From positions 64,001 to 128,000 of the forward strand of contig CAVSHF010000005.1 in NCBI GenBank assembly GCA_963727805.1: a stretch of 64,000 bases of DNA, read 5' to 3'. Below the pieces are notes generated by a model. It did no database searches and was not told where the DNA came from. It was given only the letters and a program-made list of their open reading frames with translations. Positions 9,248-20,215 of the stretch are shown here, piece after piece. This DNA is from an uncultured Nitrospiraceae bacterium. Its GTDB lineage: Bacteria; Nitrospirota; Thermodesulfovibrionia; Thermodesulfovibrionales; Dissulfurispiraceae. The stretch's first letter is position 1, and every line of letters begins with the position of its first letter. The translations under genes were made by a program, and so were the position numbers.

Positions 9248-9316
9248 AGTTTTATTATAATTAGAAATGCGTCCAACCCATAATCGTGAAATTTATAATA
9301 TTTTCCCTTCATGTTC

Positions 9317-9497
9317 TATGCAGTAAATATGCAGTTCGTATCTGAAAAGATATGAAAGGAATGCACATCGTCTATTCTGTTTGGCAATGAGAGATGAAAG
9401 GATTTACAAAGATTTGAAAGAATATGGAAGGTAACTTGACTGATTAAAGCATACATGGCATTCAAGAGGTCGACGGTTCGATCCCGTTCAGCTCCAC
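9317..9497 (+). repeat. att module 3: arm-type repeats plus tRNA-Ala 3' half (9455-9496)
   Basis: TATGCAGT twice at an 11-bp period, then ATGGCATTCAAGAGGTCGACGGTTCGATCCCGTTCAGCTCCA. Confidence 0.85.
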
Positions 9498-9550
9498 TTT
9501 TGAAATCAATAAGTCATGCCATACCATGATTGCCATGAAAAATATGTCTG

Positions 9551-9766
9551 CTAAACTGGCGGATGTCCATCATAACTAAGGTGCCAGGATTGTTTATTGC
9601 AGCTAAAACATTCAACAAACCAAAGATAGCAAGTCTTATTGTTAGACGAATCAACTATTGAATGCCCGACGATTTGATACTGCACATTTCTTCGATTACA
9701 GAATGGACAATCATAAACATGTGTATCCCTGGAATTTTTTTCATCCAAATGAGACATGTCCTGCAT
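9551..9766 (-). pseudogene. Truncated Zn-finger N-terminus (CPFC...CFSC), possibly from a DUF4145-type protein
   Basis: Two CxxC motifs, then an early stop next to att module 3. Confidence 0.4.
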
Positions 9767-9874
9767 CTTGAATCCTCTCCACCATCTTCTTTTGCACCTG
9801 ACAATAATTATATGAGCTGGCTATTTCTTATATTCATGCTAATACTATTTTACAGCACCCATCCTTCGAAAACA

Positions 9875-10057
9875 ATAAAGCTCCGCGGGCTGAAGCCCAC
9901 GGATTCTAGGGCATAATCGGAGACGGAATGGCCCTAACCGCGCCATTCCATCTCCGACTTAAAAGCCTCCGCTACGCAGGTGAAGACTTGCTCCGCTCCG
10001 GGCAGCCCTTTCATCCCCAGGTTTAACAACCTGGGGTTTTCTGGCAGTTTTGATAAA
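9875..10057. mobile_element. Non-autonomous palindromic element resembling IS200/IS605 ends (PATE/MITE-like)
   Basis: GC-rich patch with hairpins CCGCGGGCTGAAGCCCACGG, TCGGAGACGGAATGG...CCATTCCATCTCCGA and CCCCAGGTTTAACAACCTGGGG; no ORF. Confidence 0.55.
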
Positions 10058-10662
10058 ATCAGAGACCTGATCATTGAACGAATCACACACAAACTACTCA
10101 TGCAATAGTGAGAATATTCTTTAGCGAGATAATCTCAGCATAGATGCGAGAAGCGAAACCCTTGAATCATAATCAGTAAAGTGGGGTGCATCCTGGGGAG
10201 CAAGAACAAGGTTAATTGTCTTCGCCTGAGAATGTTTTGACCCGTCTATATGCCGAATATCAGACTTGATGAGTTCCAATACTCTCCTGATTATCAAAAG
10301 GAATCCTCATGGGTTGAGCAGCCGTTCGTCTTAAAGTTTTCAGGCAGTACTATTGCAAAAAAACCTTTTTCCCAGCTGCGGATAGCAAATTTTGGCAACA
10401 CTCTGAATCGGGTGGATCTTGATCAGATAGTTACACTAATCCGCCCTTGGTTTACCTCCCGAAGATTTCACATAGTATGGTAAGGTGTTTTCAGAGAGTA
10501 AGACGCCTATACTGTTACTCCCTAAAAAGTTGTTATTTAGGAATATAGGCGTTCAATCCTATGGTCAGCGGCTTACCGGAGTGCGAATTCCGGTGATGGC
10601 GAACAGTCGTACCGGAGGATGGCGAACACTTGTGAAACATAGCGAAGCCGTACCAAAACATC

Positions 10663-11412
10663 TTACGAAGAGCGTTCGCCTTTCGTCAAGTTTGTCTTAG
10701 TTTTTCTCATCGATTCCCCCTTCAAAGCTATCTTGTGTGAGTTATGGACGATCCTGTCGAGTATGGCGTCGGCTTTTGTAGGCTCTCCGATGCGATCATG
10801 CCATTTGGCGACGGGATACTGGCTGGTAATGATTGTCGCCTTCAGTCCGTATCTGTCTTCCATGACTTCCAGGAAGTGGCCGCGCTCATCTTCGGTCAGT
10901 GGGTCCACGGCCTAGTCGTCAATGACGAGGAGGTCCGTCTTTGCAAGTCTTCCGAGGACCTTGAAGAAACTGCCGTCAGCTTTTGCGATCCTCAGTTCCT
11001 CAAAGAGTCTTGTTGACCGGTATTGTACAGCAGTGAATCCTTCTCGGCAGGCTTTGTTTGCAAATGCCTCAGCAAGGTAAGTCTTGCCGATGCCGGTCGG
11101 CCCGGTGATGATCACGTTATGGTGAGAAGAGATCCACTGACAAGAAGCCAGGGATCTGACGACCGACTTGTCCAATCCCCTGGGGTGCTGATAGTCGATA
11201 TCTTCGATAGTGGCATTGGTCCTCAGGCGTGCCGACTTGAGTCTTCTGGTGAGTTTTCTGTCTTCCCTGGAAGTCCACTCCCGGTCTATGATCATGGAGA
11301 ATCTGTCCTCAAAGCTCAGTTTGCTAAGGGAAGGATTTTCAAGCTGCTCCTTCACTGCCGTTGCCATTGTGTAGAGCTTCATCTGTGAGAGTTTTTCGAT
11401 AGTGTGATTCAA
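10663..11412 (-). pseudogene. istB: IS21 ATPase IstB with an in-frame TAG
   Basis: Walker A GPTGIGKT and Walker B LLVIDD, then TAG (10912-10914) where Trp is typical; the frame continues to ADAILDRIVHN. Confidence 0.9.
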
Positions 11413-11505
11413 CGCTGTCTCCTCCTTATAGTATGTTTGTGGGGTATACTTACCCCTTGGTCGATGCCTCTTAGTCGATTATTGGCTGTCCCATAGAGCC
11501 GATTT

Positions 11506-13044
11506 TCAACTGAAGTACTCTTTACCGCGGATATTGTCATGATATAAGGGCGGGGTCACCTCCTTTTGTTCGGTGATCGGAGTACGGTCGAATCCGGTTT
11601 CAAGCATCTACTTGACGCTCTTGTATGAATAAGCCTTGATATGGACCGCCCGCATAGAGGCTGCTTCCAGTCTCTCCGGCGAGTACTTCTTGCCGAGTCT
11701 CAACAGGCCTATGCAGGATTTGAATCCCTGCTCCGGATGCGGTCGCGTCGTCAGGATGGTCTCGACAAGCTTTGCTGTGGCAGCGCCGGTCTGCTCCGCC
11801 CAGTGGATGATCCTCGATGGAGTCCACTCAAGATGCTTCTGATGCGCTTTCGGCATGTGCTCAGCAATGGTCGTATATCCTCTTGCTTTGAAGCTGCGTT
11901 GATGAGTCACAATGCGATTGTTATTGTGGAAGATCTCCACCGTATCGACAGTGAGGAAGGCTTCTAACTTTTTGCCACGAAGCTGGTAAGGAACGCTGTA
12001 GTAATGATCCGCTACGTCGACGTGGTAATCGATGTTAACCGTTGGCCGCTTGAAGTCGATGTATCGATACCGCTCAACGGGCAAAGGCTTAAGATACGGC
12101 CTCTCAAGGGTCTCAAAGAGTTCTCTGCGGGTACTGTTTAGTTTCCTGAACTTCCGGGTATTCAAGCGTTCCAGAAGTTCCCTGATGCTGGCATTAAGCT
12201 CCTCGATACTGAAGAATGTGTGATTCCTCAATGCCGCAATGATCCATCGGGTGACCAGCAATACTCCGGCTTCCACCTTTGCCTTATCTTTTGGTTTATA
12301 CGGACGTGCAGGGATAATGGCGGTACCGTAGTGCTGCGCCAGACTCAGATATACGGGGTTGAGGTCGGGTTCGTATCGGCAGGACTTCGATACGGCTGCT
12401 CGGATATTGTCCGGGACAAGGATTTGGCTCACACCGTGAAAGTATTCAAAAGCATTGATGTGAGCCTTGATCCAGAAGGGGAGACTCTGCGATGGGAGCG
12501 CTTCGACATAGGTATAGTTGCTTGCTCCAAGGACTGCCACAAAGATCTGAGCTTCGGTGCTCTCGCCTGTGAAAGAGTCGACGATGGGTATCCCTTTGCC
12601 GGCAAAGTCGATGAACATCTTCTCGCCGGCGCGATGCTCCTGCCGTAAACTTATCTCAAGGTTTTTCTCCCAGCGGTGATAATGCTCGCAGAACTGCGTA
12701 AACTGATACCCCTCAGGATGCCGTTCTTTATATTCGAGCCACAACAGTTGAAGGGTGACGCCCTTTTTGCGAAGCTCGCGATGAATCTCCTCCATTGGGG
12801 GCAGCGGACGAAGGGCTGTCTTCCGACTACTGCGTTCACTGAGCATAGCTTCAAGCTTTGCGTCATCAAGGTCCTCAGGAAGTGGCCATGAAATGCCCTT
12901 ATCCTGGGCCTTCTGGACATAATCTACTACTGTGCTCGGCGACACTTTGCAGGACCGGCTTATTTGTCGTTTGCCAAGATGCAGCCCATAATACAGTCTT
13001 AAGATTTCTCTAACCATCCGCATGGATATACCCCTATTAGCCAT
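11506..13044 (-). pseudogene. istA: IS21 transposase IstA, C-terminal tail cut off by a stop/frameshift near 11608
   Basis: DDE core (FIDFAG, VPDN, KDKAKVE). The tail LKTGFDR...HDNIRGKEYFS* is in another frame. Confidence 0.9.
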
Positions 13045-13571
13045 CGCTTCTCCTTCGTCAAAGTTCGTAGAAGAAGGACAATGGCGTATTTGTGTGGAAT
13101 TTATCCAGCTTCGGCTATGTTTATTTCGTCAGGTAGTCTGAACACTTCTATTTCGGTCTCATGGCGAACACCTATATCGGGATTACCCAAAAGTGTTCGC
13201 CATGACTCCGATATCAGTGTTCGCGTTCAGACCGAAACAGGTGTTCGCTTTGCTCCGAAATGAGTGTTCGGCATGGTCCGAAATTCGCACCGGAGACCAT
13301 ACAGTCGGTACGCATATTGCCACACGTACTGGCTACGACAAGTGTCTTCCCGGATGCGCTCGGTTTTGGATCCTCCAAATCACATGTGATTATCAGTTTC
13401 TTTCCTTCTACTTTCGCTTCAATTGCCATTTTCACTCCCTCCTGCGTTAGGCGCCCCTGTTCATTCACATTATGTTCAATAATAATATGGTCAGAAAGTC
13501 ACTCGCTTCTATCAGTTTTCAGGCTCACCCCGTAATAAGCCGCGCCCACGCGGTGAACGCAAAAACAACTT

Positions 13572-14378
13572 TCAGTAATTTACCGGTATACGCATTACAT
13601 ACTGGTAAGGTGGTGTCTCGTAACCGATCAGTGCTGGATTCAGATCTCTTATTGCATTGACCGTAGTGCTATAAAGCCTGGCTATTTTCCCCAGACGGAT
13701 ACGCTTCAGTGTGATTACTTCTTTATAGGTGACAGTTTTGTTTTGAACCGTATTGTCCGATGCAAAACCATACTTCTCAGGTTCCTCTGAGATTGTAAAG
13801 ACGGCGAGCAGGCGAGCAATGTACCGATTGATGACAGCCGGGAACCGTGGTTCGACCGAATTATTTTTCGCGATAATGCGCTTTATTTTCCCTTCACCCG
13901 CATTATAGGCAGCCAGTACGATGTCCCATTCACCGAATATGGCATAAAGGTCTTTTAAATAATCAGCCGCCGCATAAGTCGATTTGACGGGATCCTTTCG
14001 CTCATCGACATAAGCATCCATCCTCAGACCGTACCTCGCTGCCGTGCCTTTCATGAATTGCCAGAGTCCGACTGCATCTCTAGGCCCCACCGAAACAGGC
14101 GAAAAGCCGCTCTCGATGAAGGGGAGATATGCCATTTCATGGGGAATCTCTTTTTTGCCGAATATCGTCTTGATGAAATCGATATACCTGAAGGAATTGT
14201 TGCGCCGTTGCTCGAATTCACTAGGTATCTTACTGGTGAAAAATTCCACGGCGCGTTCGTACATTCCACTGATATGTTCTTTCTCGCTGATTTCCTGAAA
14301 CATCTCGCCGGAAATGCCGGTAACCGGCAGCCCTAAAAGAAAAATTAGCAATGTTGCGGACATGACTATCTTAATCAT
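13572..14378 (-). CDS. Lytic transglycosylase (MltD-like SLT domain plus LysM-like C-terminus)
   Basis: PFIESGF, AVGLWQFM, DERKDPVKSTYAAA and LAAYNAGEG motifs. Confidence 0.9.
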   Translation of the reverse strand: MIKIVMSATLLIFLLGLPVTGISGEMFQEISEKEHISGMYERAVEFFTSKIPSEFEQRRNNSFRYIDFIKTIFGKKEIPHEMAYLPFIESGFSPVSVGPRDAVGLWQFMKGTAARYGLRMDAYVDERKDPVKSTYAAADYLKDLYAIFGEWDIVLAAYNAGEGKIKRIIAKNNSVEPRFPAVINRYIARLLAVFTISEEPEKYGFASDNTVQNKTVTYKEVITLKRIRLGKIARLYSTTVNAIRDLNPALIGYETPPYQYVMRIPVNY

Positions 14379-14928
14379 ATTTCACGACCTCTTAGTAAGG
14401 TTATCACTGGAATTGAAAAGGGGTTTGGGCAGATTGCTTCTTTATGTGAATTTACGTTTGATGTATTAATATAACACTTTTGGGGTCTGGAATGATAGTC
14501 GCACGTACACTCCCCCCCCTGACTCCGACCGTCGATGTGCATGATCCTTGCATGAATATCAGGTAGACTTGATTATAATAGATTGAAGATTTGACGTAAA
14601 TCATAAGTTGTACTCTTCACTTATTAGCAGCATATCAGCGATGTGGCAAGGAAGGAATATTGCAGAAAGACGCTTTTGCCAGACCCTTCAGCTTTCGTCC
14701 CGTACTATGCAAACTATGCAAAAAGTTTTGGGCCTGCCGGAAAGGTGTTCATTTGCAACAGTACTCTGTAAGAAAAGCGGGGTGTCGGAAGAATGCTATG
14801 TCTGTAATCTTCCACTCTCGTGAACGTGAAAATAGGCAAGCTCTCTTTGGTAAACGCAAATCTGTAGATAATTTGTCTTAATATCTCATTTACTGGACTA
14901 TACCAGGCTGGCTGCAGTATATTTCCCC

Positions 14929-15306
14929 TTAAAACATCCTCCTAATCGTTGATACCAAATGATCAGGTGCGCTTTCTTTGGTCAGATATCCAGAAGCTCC
15001 CGCCTTAAGCGCCTTATCAGCATACTGTTCCGGGGCATGCGTGCTTAAAATGAGGACTGGAAGGGACGAAAAACTTTGTTTCAACTCCTTTAGTACCTCA
15101 AACCCGCTTTTTCTAGGCATTGTAATGTCTAACAAAAGTAGGTCATATGTCTGTTTTGATAGCATATCGATTACTTCCTGCCCATCACAGGCTTCTCCCG
15201 TCACAACCATATCGGGTTGCTTATTGACTATCGATCTAAGCCCGTGACGAACAATCTTATGGTCATCAGCGATAAGTATTCGCAGCATCATGCCTCCGTT
15301 AATCAA
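14929..15306 (-). CDS. Response regulator, NarL-type receiver domain only
   Basis: IADDH, LLDITMP and GYLTK motifs; no HTH output domain. Confidence 0.85.
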   Translation of the reverse strand: MINGGMMLRILIADDHKIVRHGLRSIVNKQPDMVVTGEACDGQEVIDMLSKQTYDLLLLDITMPRKSGFEVLKELKQSFSSLPVLILSTHAPEQYADKALKAGASGYLTKESAPDHLVSTIRRMF

Positions 15307-15826
15307 ATACTGTTAGCTATAGTGTATTCACATGTGAGTGATAAATGAAGTGGTTTTTCTCTGATTCTAGTGTAGGTGATTGGCTTACAAACGAATTTGT
15401 ATCGGAATAACGAAGCAATACCCCAACGTCAATTTGCTCAGCTAAGACAGAAATAAAGCGGATCGCAATTGAAATGCTGGCTTACCCAATTGTTTGTTTC
15501 ATCGTGCATAACTCACGTTTCTGGGCTAAGCTGCAGCAGGATTTGGAGTTGCAGATGTGAACATTCTTCAATAGTTCGTTCAAGGGAGACACTCTACGAG
15601 GAAGCGTTTTCAATATTTCTGCTGACTAAAACGACGGTCATCCTCCGGACAGAATTTACCGGATCTCTTGACTGTAACCTTTTTGCTCTCTATACCGTCT
15701 ATAATTTATGCTCAATATAGTGTGACTAGGTAGCTCATAAATTCAATGCTTATTATATTCAGCAACATTTGAGTATGGAAATGATATTCATCTATCGAGA
15801 GTAAAGATCTCATAAGGAGGAAATCA

Positions 15827-16075
15827 ATGACAAATATGGTAACTGCTTTAATCTCTCTATCACTTTTATCAGTATACATCCTTGCTGTCTCTATGCCGAT
15901 ACAAGGTAAGACCTTGAGACAATTAAATCATACAGGGGAGATTGATACTAAAAAGCTGAAAGGGGAAAGGCATTCATCAAGGGCAAGCCATTGGATCATT
16001 GGCACCGTCATTTTAGTCTTAACGGGATATGCCGTTCAAACAGTAAGTTCTTTGCTCCACTTACTGTTCTTGTGA
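15827..16075 (+). CDS. Small membrane protein
   Basis: Strong RBS TAAGGAGG; two hydrophobic segments. Confidence 0.6.
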   Translation: MTNMVTALISLSLLSVYILAVSMPIQGKTLRQLNHTGEIDTKKLKGERHSSRASHWIIGTVILVLTGYAVQTVSSLLHLLFL

Positions 16076-16454
16076 TCATACGAATATACAATATGATCGC
16101 AGGAATTTCTGTATCATAATTTATATTACTCTCTTTATATCACATGTATTGGTAGGAGGAAGAACTGTTGCAGCAAGCCCGGCTTTCACAACCAATGCAG
16201 TTCCGCCGGACTATGCAGATGATCATTTTGAGGCGAGAACAACCAATCCTCGCGAATTGCATCTCCTGCCACGCCATATCTGTCTTCCTTAATATTATCT
16301 TAGTATTACTCTTTTTTTATAGTTAGGCCTATGATCAAGCATAAGACACATTGGTAACAACGCTCGTGACGTGTAGTCATCTTAGTAAGCCGACTCCGAA
16401 TATTGTTGCTCACTCAACTTCACAGTCACAGTCAAGATCGGCACCGTTAAGAGA

Positions 16455-16545
16455 AGCACAACCGCCATCGATACCGGTCCGTAGATGACCGTTGCAAAGC
16501 CATGCACGAACCGGATAACAATCGGCAGGTTATCGCGATAGGCAA
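16455..16545 (-). pseudogene. MFS transporter fragment
   Basis: IRFVHGFATVIYGPVSMAVV resembles VRFLHGFGTAIFVPVGMAFV of the intact MFS at 20670-21887. Confidence 0.55.
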
Positions 16546-16624
16546 AAGGCATGGGAGACCCTTGCGAAGAAACCCGCTGAACAGAGCATTGCAAAACGTG
16601 TGAGGATATTGTGGATCGCGTCTT

Positions 16625-17470
16625 TTACTTGGATGCCTTAGCCACCAAAACCGCGCAGTGTGCGAGTCCTATGACCTTCTCCGTCGAGCTTCCCATAAGA
16701 ATTTTATCGAGTCCGGTCTTACCGTAGGTGCCCATGACAATCAGGTCAACCCCTCTGCCGCCCGCCACCTCAACAATGGCCTCGTATGATCTTCCGTGAG
16801 GAGTCAACGACTCAACTGGTACGCCTTCTTTTTGTGCCATTGACACAATTTTAGCAACATTGGCCTTTGCTTCTGCCAGTTCATCATCTGACCGAACTGC
16901 ACAAAGAGCAACAAGCGAGCTCCCACAGCGCTTTGCGATGCCGATACCGTCGGCAGCTGCCGCTTCACTGTATTTCGATCCATCGGTAGCAACCAGAATG
17001 TTCTGGTACGCTATTATCGCCTCTTTGGGAACGACCAACACTTTACAGGGAGCACTCTTTATGACTTTCGCCACAACTTCTCCCATCATCAGTTTCATAA
17101 GTCCTTTCGCACCCCGCTTGCCCATAATTATCATATCGACTTGTCTGCCCTCCGCCTCCTCAACAATACATTTGTCCGGCGAGTTGTCCGAGCAAATGAA
17201 AGTTTCGCAAGGAACCCCCTCTCTCTGTGCTCGCAGTTTAATCGATGCCAGATGCTGGATTCTCTCCTGCTCTTCCAATTCGATATGCTTTTGCGCAATG
17301 GATTCGTACTCAACATCCATCTCGATTACCGTCATAGCATAGAGAGTACTCGAACACTTCCATGCAAAACTTATTGCCTCTCGTATAGCACCCTCGCTGT
17401 ATTGCGTTCCGTCTGTAGCCAGAAGCAGTTTCTCAGCTTTTCCAACCGGACAATATGTAGCTCCGCTCAT
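16625..17470 (-). CDS. Universal stress protein (tandem USP domains)
   Basis: Two ATDG...D(M/L)IxMG...G motifs. Confidence 0.95.
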   Translation of the reverse strand: MSGATYCPVGKAEKLLLATDGTQYSEGAIREAISFAWKCSSTLYAMTVIEMDVEYESIAQKHIELEEQERIQHLASIKLRAQREGVPCETFICSDNSPDKCIVEEAEGRQVDMIIMGKRGAKGLMKLMMGEVVAKVIKSAPCKVLVVPKEAIIAYQNILVATDGSKYSEAAAADGIGIAKRCGSSLVALCAVRSDDELAEAKANVAKIVSMAQKEGVPVESLTPHGRSYEAIVEVAGGRGVDLIVMGTYGKTGLDKILMGSSTEKVIGLAHCAVLVAKASK

Positions 17471-17549
17471 TTTGTTTCTCCTTTTTGTTCATTAAAGTTT
17501 ATGAACAATGTTCTTCAATCTATCCGTTCACAGCCGCTTGGTTATAAAA

Positions 17550-18862
17550 TTATAACAACATTTTCCATATGTACCCTGCACAAGCCGAGCCAATAATCAC
17601 CGGGATCATCGGCCAGTGGCGGTACTGTATTCCCCAAAAGGTTATCACCGACGCGCCGAGCGCGTACCATTCGATGCCACCACCCTCAGGCAAGATTGCA
17701 TGATGAGTAAAGATAACACCGAGATTCAACACCACACCTACGACTGCGGCTGTGACCGCAGCAAGAGCCGTAGAAAGCAGCGCATTCTTGCGGAGCACCT
17801 CTACAAATGGCGCAAAGAGGAGTATCATTAAGAACGAAGGGGCGAAGGTTACCCATGTTGTAAGGAGACCACCAAGCAGTCCGGCAAGAATAGGATTGAG
17901 ATCACCAGGGTTTAGGTAAGCAGCAAGGGAGCCGACAAACTGGTTAACCATGATGAGCGGTCCCGGCGTGGTTTCAGCGAGTGCAAGCCCGTCCATCATC
18001 TGCTCGGGCTGAAGCCAGCCATAGTGCTGCACCGCCTCCTGTCCGACATAGGCGAGTACTGCATAGGCTCCTCCGAAGGTTACCAATGCCGCCTTGCTGA
18101 AGAGCATGCCGATGTCCATAAAAATGCTCTTTCCTTTCCAAAGAGCCACTACTACGAGCGGTGATGCCCAAACGGCCAGCCAGATTGCTGCGGTAGACAA
18201 CGCCGGACGCCAACCTGTTTCGCGCATTTGTGCCGCCAGCCCGCCTATTAATGTGTGCGCGTCTGCCTGCGTCGTCTCTGTACTGCCGAAGAGCTGTGGC
18301 GCCCGCTGTTTTGCGACAAAACCTACAGCTGCCGCAGAAAACACGATCACGGGGAATGGCACAGATAGCGAGTATATTGAGACAAACGAGGCTGCTGCTA
18401 TCACAACTAAGAACCAGTTTTTTAGAGATTTTCTTGCTATCCTGAAAACCGCATCAGCTACAATGGCGACTATAGCCGGTTTTAACCCATATAGGAGCGC
18501 AGCAACGGCTGGGACGGTTCCCATTGAAGCATAAAGCCACGAAAGCCCCAGCAGGACAAACACCGACGGCAGCACAAAAAGTGTTCCAGCTACAATGCCT
18601 CCCCATGTGCCATGCATCAGCCAGCCTATGTACGTCGCGAGCTGTTGTGCCTCGGGTCCGGGAAGGAGCATGCAAAAGTTGAGTGCCTGGAGGAAATGGT
18701 TTTCGCCTATCCACTTCCGCCTATCCACTTCCGCCTATCCACCAGTTCCTTGTGCATCATTGCTATCTGCCCTGTCGGTCCACCGAAGCTGATACAGCCG
18801 AGCTTGAGCCAGTAGCGAAAAGTTTCCCCAAAGGACGGATGATCGGGTTTAGTGCTGTTCAT
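17550..18862 (-). pseudogene. chrA: Chromate efflux transporter ChrA, frameshifted by a 14-bp duplication
   Basis: N-terminus ([19 protein letters not shown]) from the ATG at 18862 is out of frame with LLPGPEAQQLA, TFGGAYAV and TTPGPLIM. Confidence 0.9.
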
Positions 18863-18875
18863 TCGTTCAGTCCTC

Positions 18876-19877
18876 TCACGTTTTGCTTATGTAGAGCATT
18901 TCGAACACCGCAATCCCATTTTCAAGCGCCTCTGAGTCATCTTTTGCCGACTTCCTTATGCCTGAGAGGATATCTTCCAGTCCTTTAGCTCCAGAGGCCT
19001 TGTATTTATCGTCTCTCATGTCGAGGTCGTGAACGATTTCCGCCATCTTCCTGAGAATCTTATCCTTCAGCCCAAAAGCCTTGATCAGTACCTCAAAGGT
19101 GCACAAGTCACCCGAGTGAGTAAACTCTCCTCCCCTGATATCAAAAGTGGAGGAATTCCTATCAATGTCATCGATCTCCTTCTCGTCTATAAAGCCAAAT
19201 TCAGCCTTGCTGTCTATGAATTTCTTAATCAACCAAGCTGAGGCCATGCGGTCGATGAAGGGCTTCTTCCTTGTGAGCCATAGCCGCCCATGATATTTTG
19301 TAATGTCTCTGGTCAGAATAGGACTATCTTTTTTTACCTCGGCGCCAGCGAACACCACGATCTGAGTCTTCACATCGCGTATTCTTTCAATCAGCCTCTT
19401 TCCCCCGATTGAATGGAAAAAATCGACCGCCGCGATGCTGTCGTATTCCTTGACGAGCTTGTCGAACTGCTCGGAAATGACCTTGATATCCTGTACCCTG
19501 GCCCCTTTCTGTATACTGCCGAGCCTCCTCTCAAGATCATCGAGGGATTTTCCGATGTCCCGGTAATCAGATCCCCTATGCTCATTAAAAAGATCGATTA
19601 TTTCTGAATCCTTCATTGTTTCGATCTTCTCTATTCGCGCAAAGGCACCTTCGCCCTTCATCCCGGAAATTTCAGACACAAGCCATTGCAACAATTCATA
19701 GTGCTCCTCGGTATCGGGCAATATGTAAACGGCTCCTTTTAACTGAGCTGCTCCAACCTTCATCAGCCTTCTCCAAACCCTAACCCTGTTGCTCACTGGC
19801 TTTGAGGGCACAGAGTAGAAAAAAAGCAGCCAAGAAAGAGGCTGTTTATCAGCGGGGGTTTGTTTCTTCTTATTCAT
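18876..19877 (-). CDS. chrB: Chromate resistance regulator ChrB
   Basis: RVRVWRRL N-domain; [23 protein letters not shown] and CTFE C-domain. Confidence 0.92.
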   Translation of the reverse strand: MNKKKQTPADKQPLSWLLFFYSVPSKPVSNRVRVWRRLMKVGAAQLKGAVYILPDTEEHYELLQWLVSEISGMKGEGAFARIEKIETMKDSEIIDLFNEHRGSDYRDIGKSLDDLERRLGSIQKGARVQDIKVISEQFDKLVKEYDSIAAVDFFHSIGGKRLIERIRDVKTQIVVFAGAEVKKDSPILTRDITKYHGRLWLTRKKPFIDRMASAWLIKKFIDSKAEFGFIDEKEIDDIDRNSSTFDIRGGEFTHSGDLCTFEVLIKAFGLKDKILRKMAEIVHDLDMRDDKYKASGAKGLEDILSGIRKSAKDDSEALENGIAVFEMLYISKT

Positions 19878-19903
19878 ATTATGTTCCTCTTTCTATCCGG
19901 AAT

Positions 19904-20197
19904 TTACGATTCGTTTTCCCATGCCTCAAGACCGCCTTCGATTAATCGGGCTCGTATGCCTTTGCTTAAAAGCTCGTCAAGAACACTGTTGCTGACTGAG
20001 CCACCCCTAGCGCAATAAATAACGACATCCCGGTCTATAGGCAGTTCTCCCGCCCAATCTAGCACAGCGTCAGGCTGTTTCCGCAATGCGCCTTCGATCC
20101 TTTGTGGTCCCGTAGTTAAATCCACTTCACGGCGGACATCAACAATGATGACGTCCTTTAGCTCCTTAAGCTCTTTTGGTTTTATCGATCTTTCCAT
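19904..20197 (-). CDS. Rhodanese-domain protein (ChrE-like)
   Basis: IVDVRR, VIYCARG and IEGGLEAW motifs; inside the chr cluster. Confidence 0.85.
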   Translation of the reverse strand: MERSIKPKELKELKDVIIVDVRREVDLTTGPQRIEGALRKQPDAVLDWAGELPIDRDVVIYCARGGSVSNSVLDELLSKGIRARLIEGGLEAWENES

Positions 20198-20215
20198 ATA
20201 GTACCCTCTAAACAC

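Larger units (their letters stand above)
10582..13289 (-). mobile_element. IS21-family insertion sequence (inactivated)
   Basis: Ends TGCGAATT...AATTCGCA, 6-bp target duplication CCGGAG (10576-10581 and 13290-13295), repeated TGTTCG/CGAACA motifs about 24 bp apart at both ends. Confidence 0.95.
10533..13429 (-). pseudogene. Small conserved-looking hypothetical gene (about 60 aa) split by IS21
   Basis: Removing the IS and one CCGGAG copy restores MAIEAKVEGKKLIITCDLEDPKPSASGKTLVVASTCGNMRTDCMVSGKPLTIGLNAYIPK*. Confidence 0.85.

Noticed and set aside
7707..9497. Three tRNA-like sequences as functional tRNA genes or as a CRISPR array
   Set aside because: No D arm or 5' acceptor strand; spacing of about 600 and 1150 bp; no cas genes.
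10912..11610. In-frame TAG codons in istB and istA as stop-codon recoding (pyrrolysine or alternative code)
   Set aside because: TAG ends normal genes in this window, the istA lesion also needs a frameshift, and other pseudogenes here break at TAA or TGA.
13190..13289. Regularly spaced GTGTTCG repeats resembling a mini-CRISPR
   Set aside because: About 24-bp period inside the IS21 end, as expected for transposase binding repeats.
14591..14604. FNR/CRP-like box TTGAC-N4-ATCAT
   Set aside because: Two mismatches to consensus and no clearly linked promoter.
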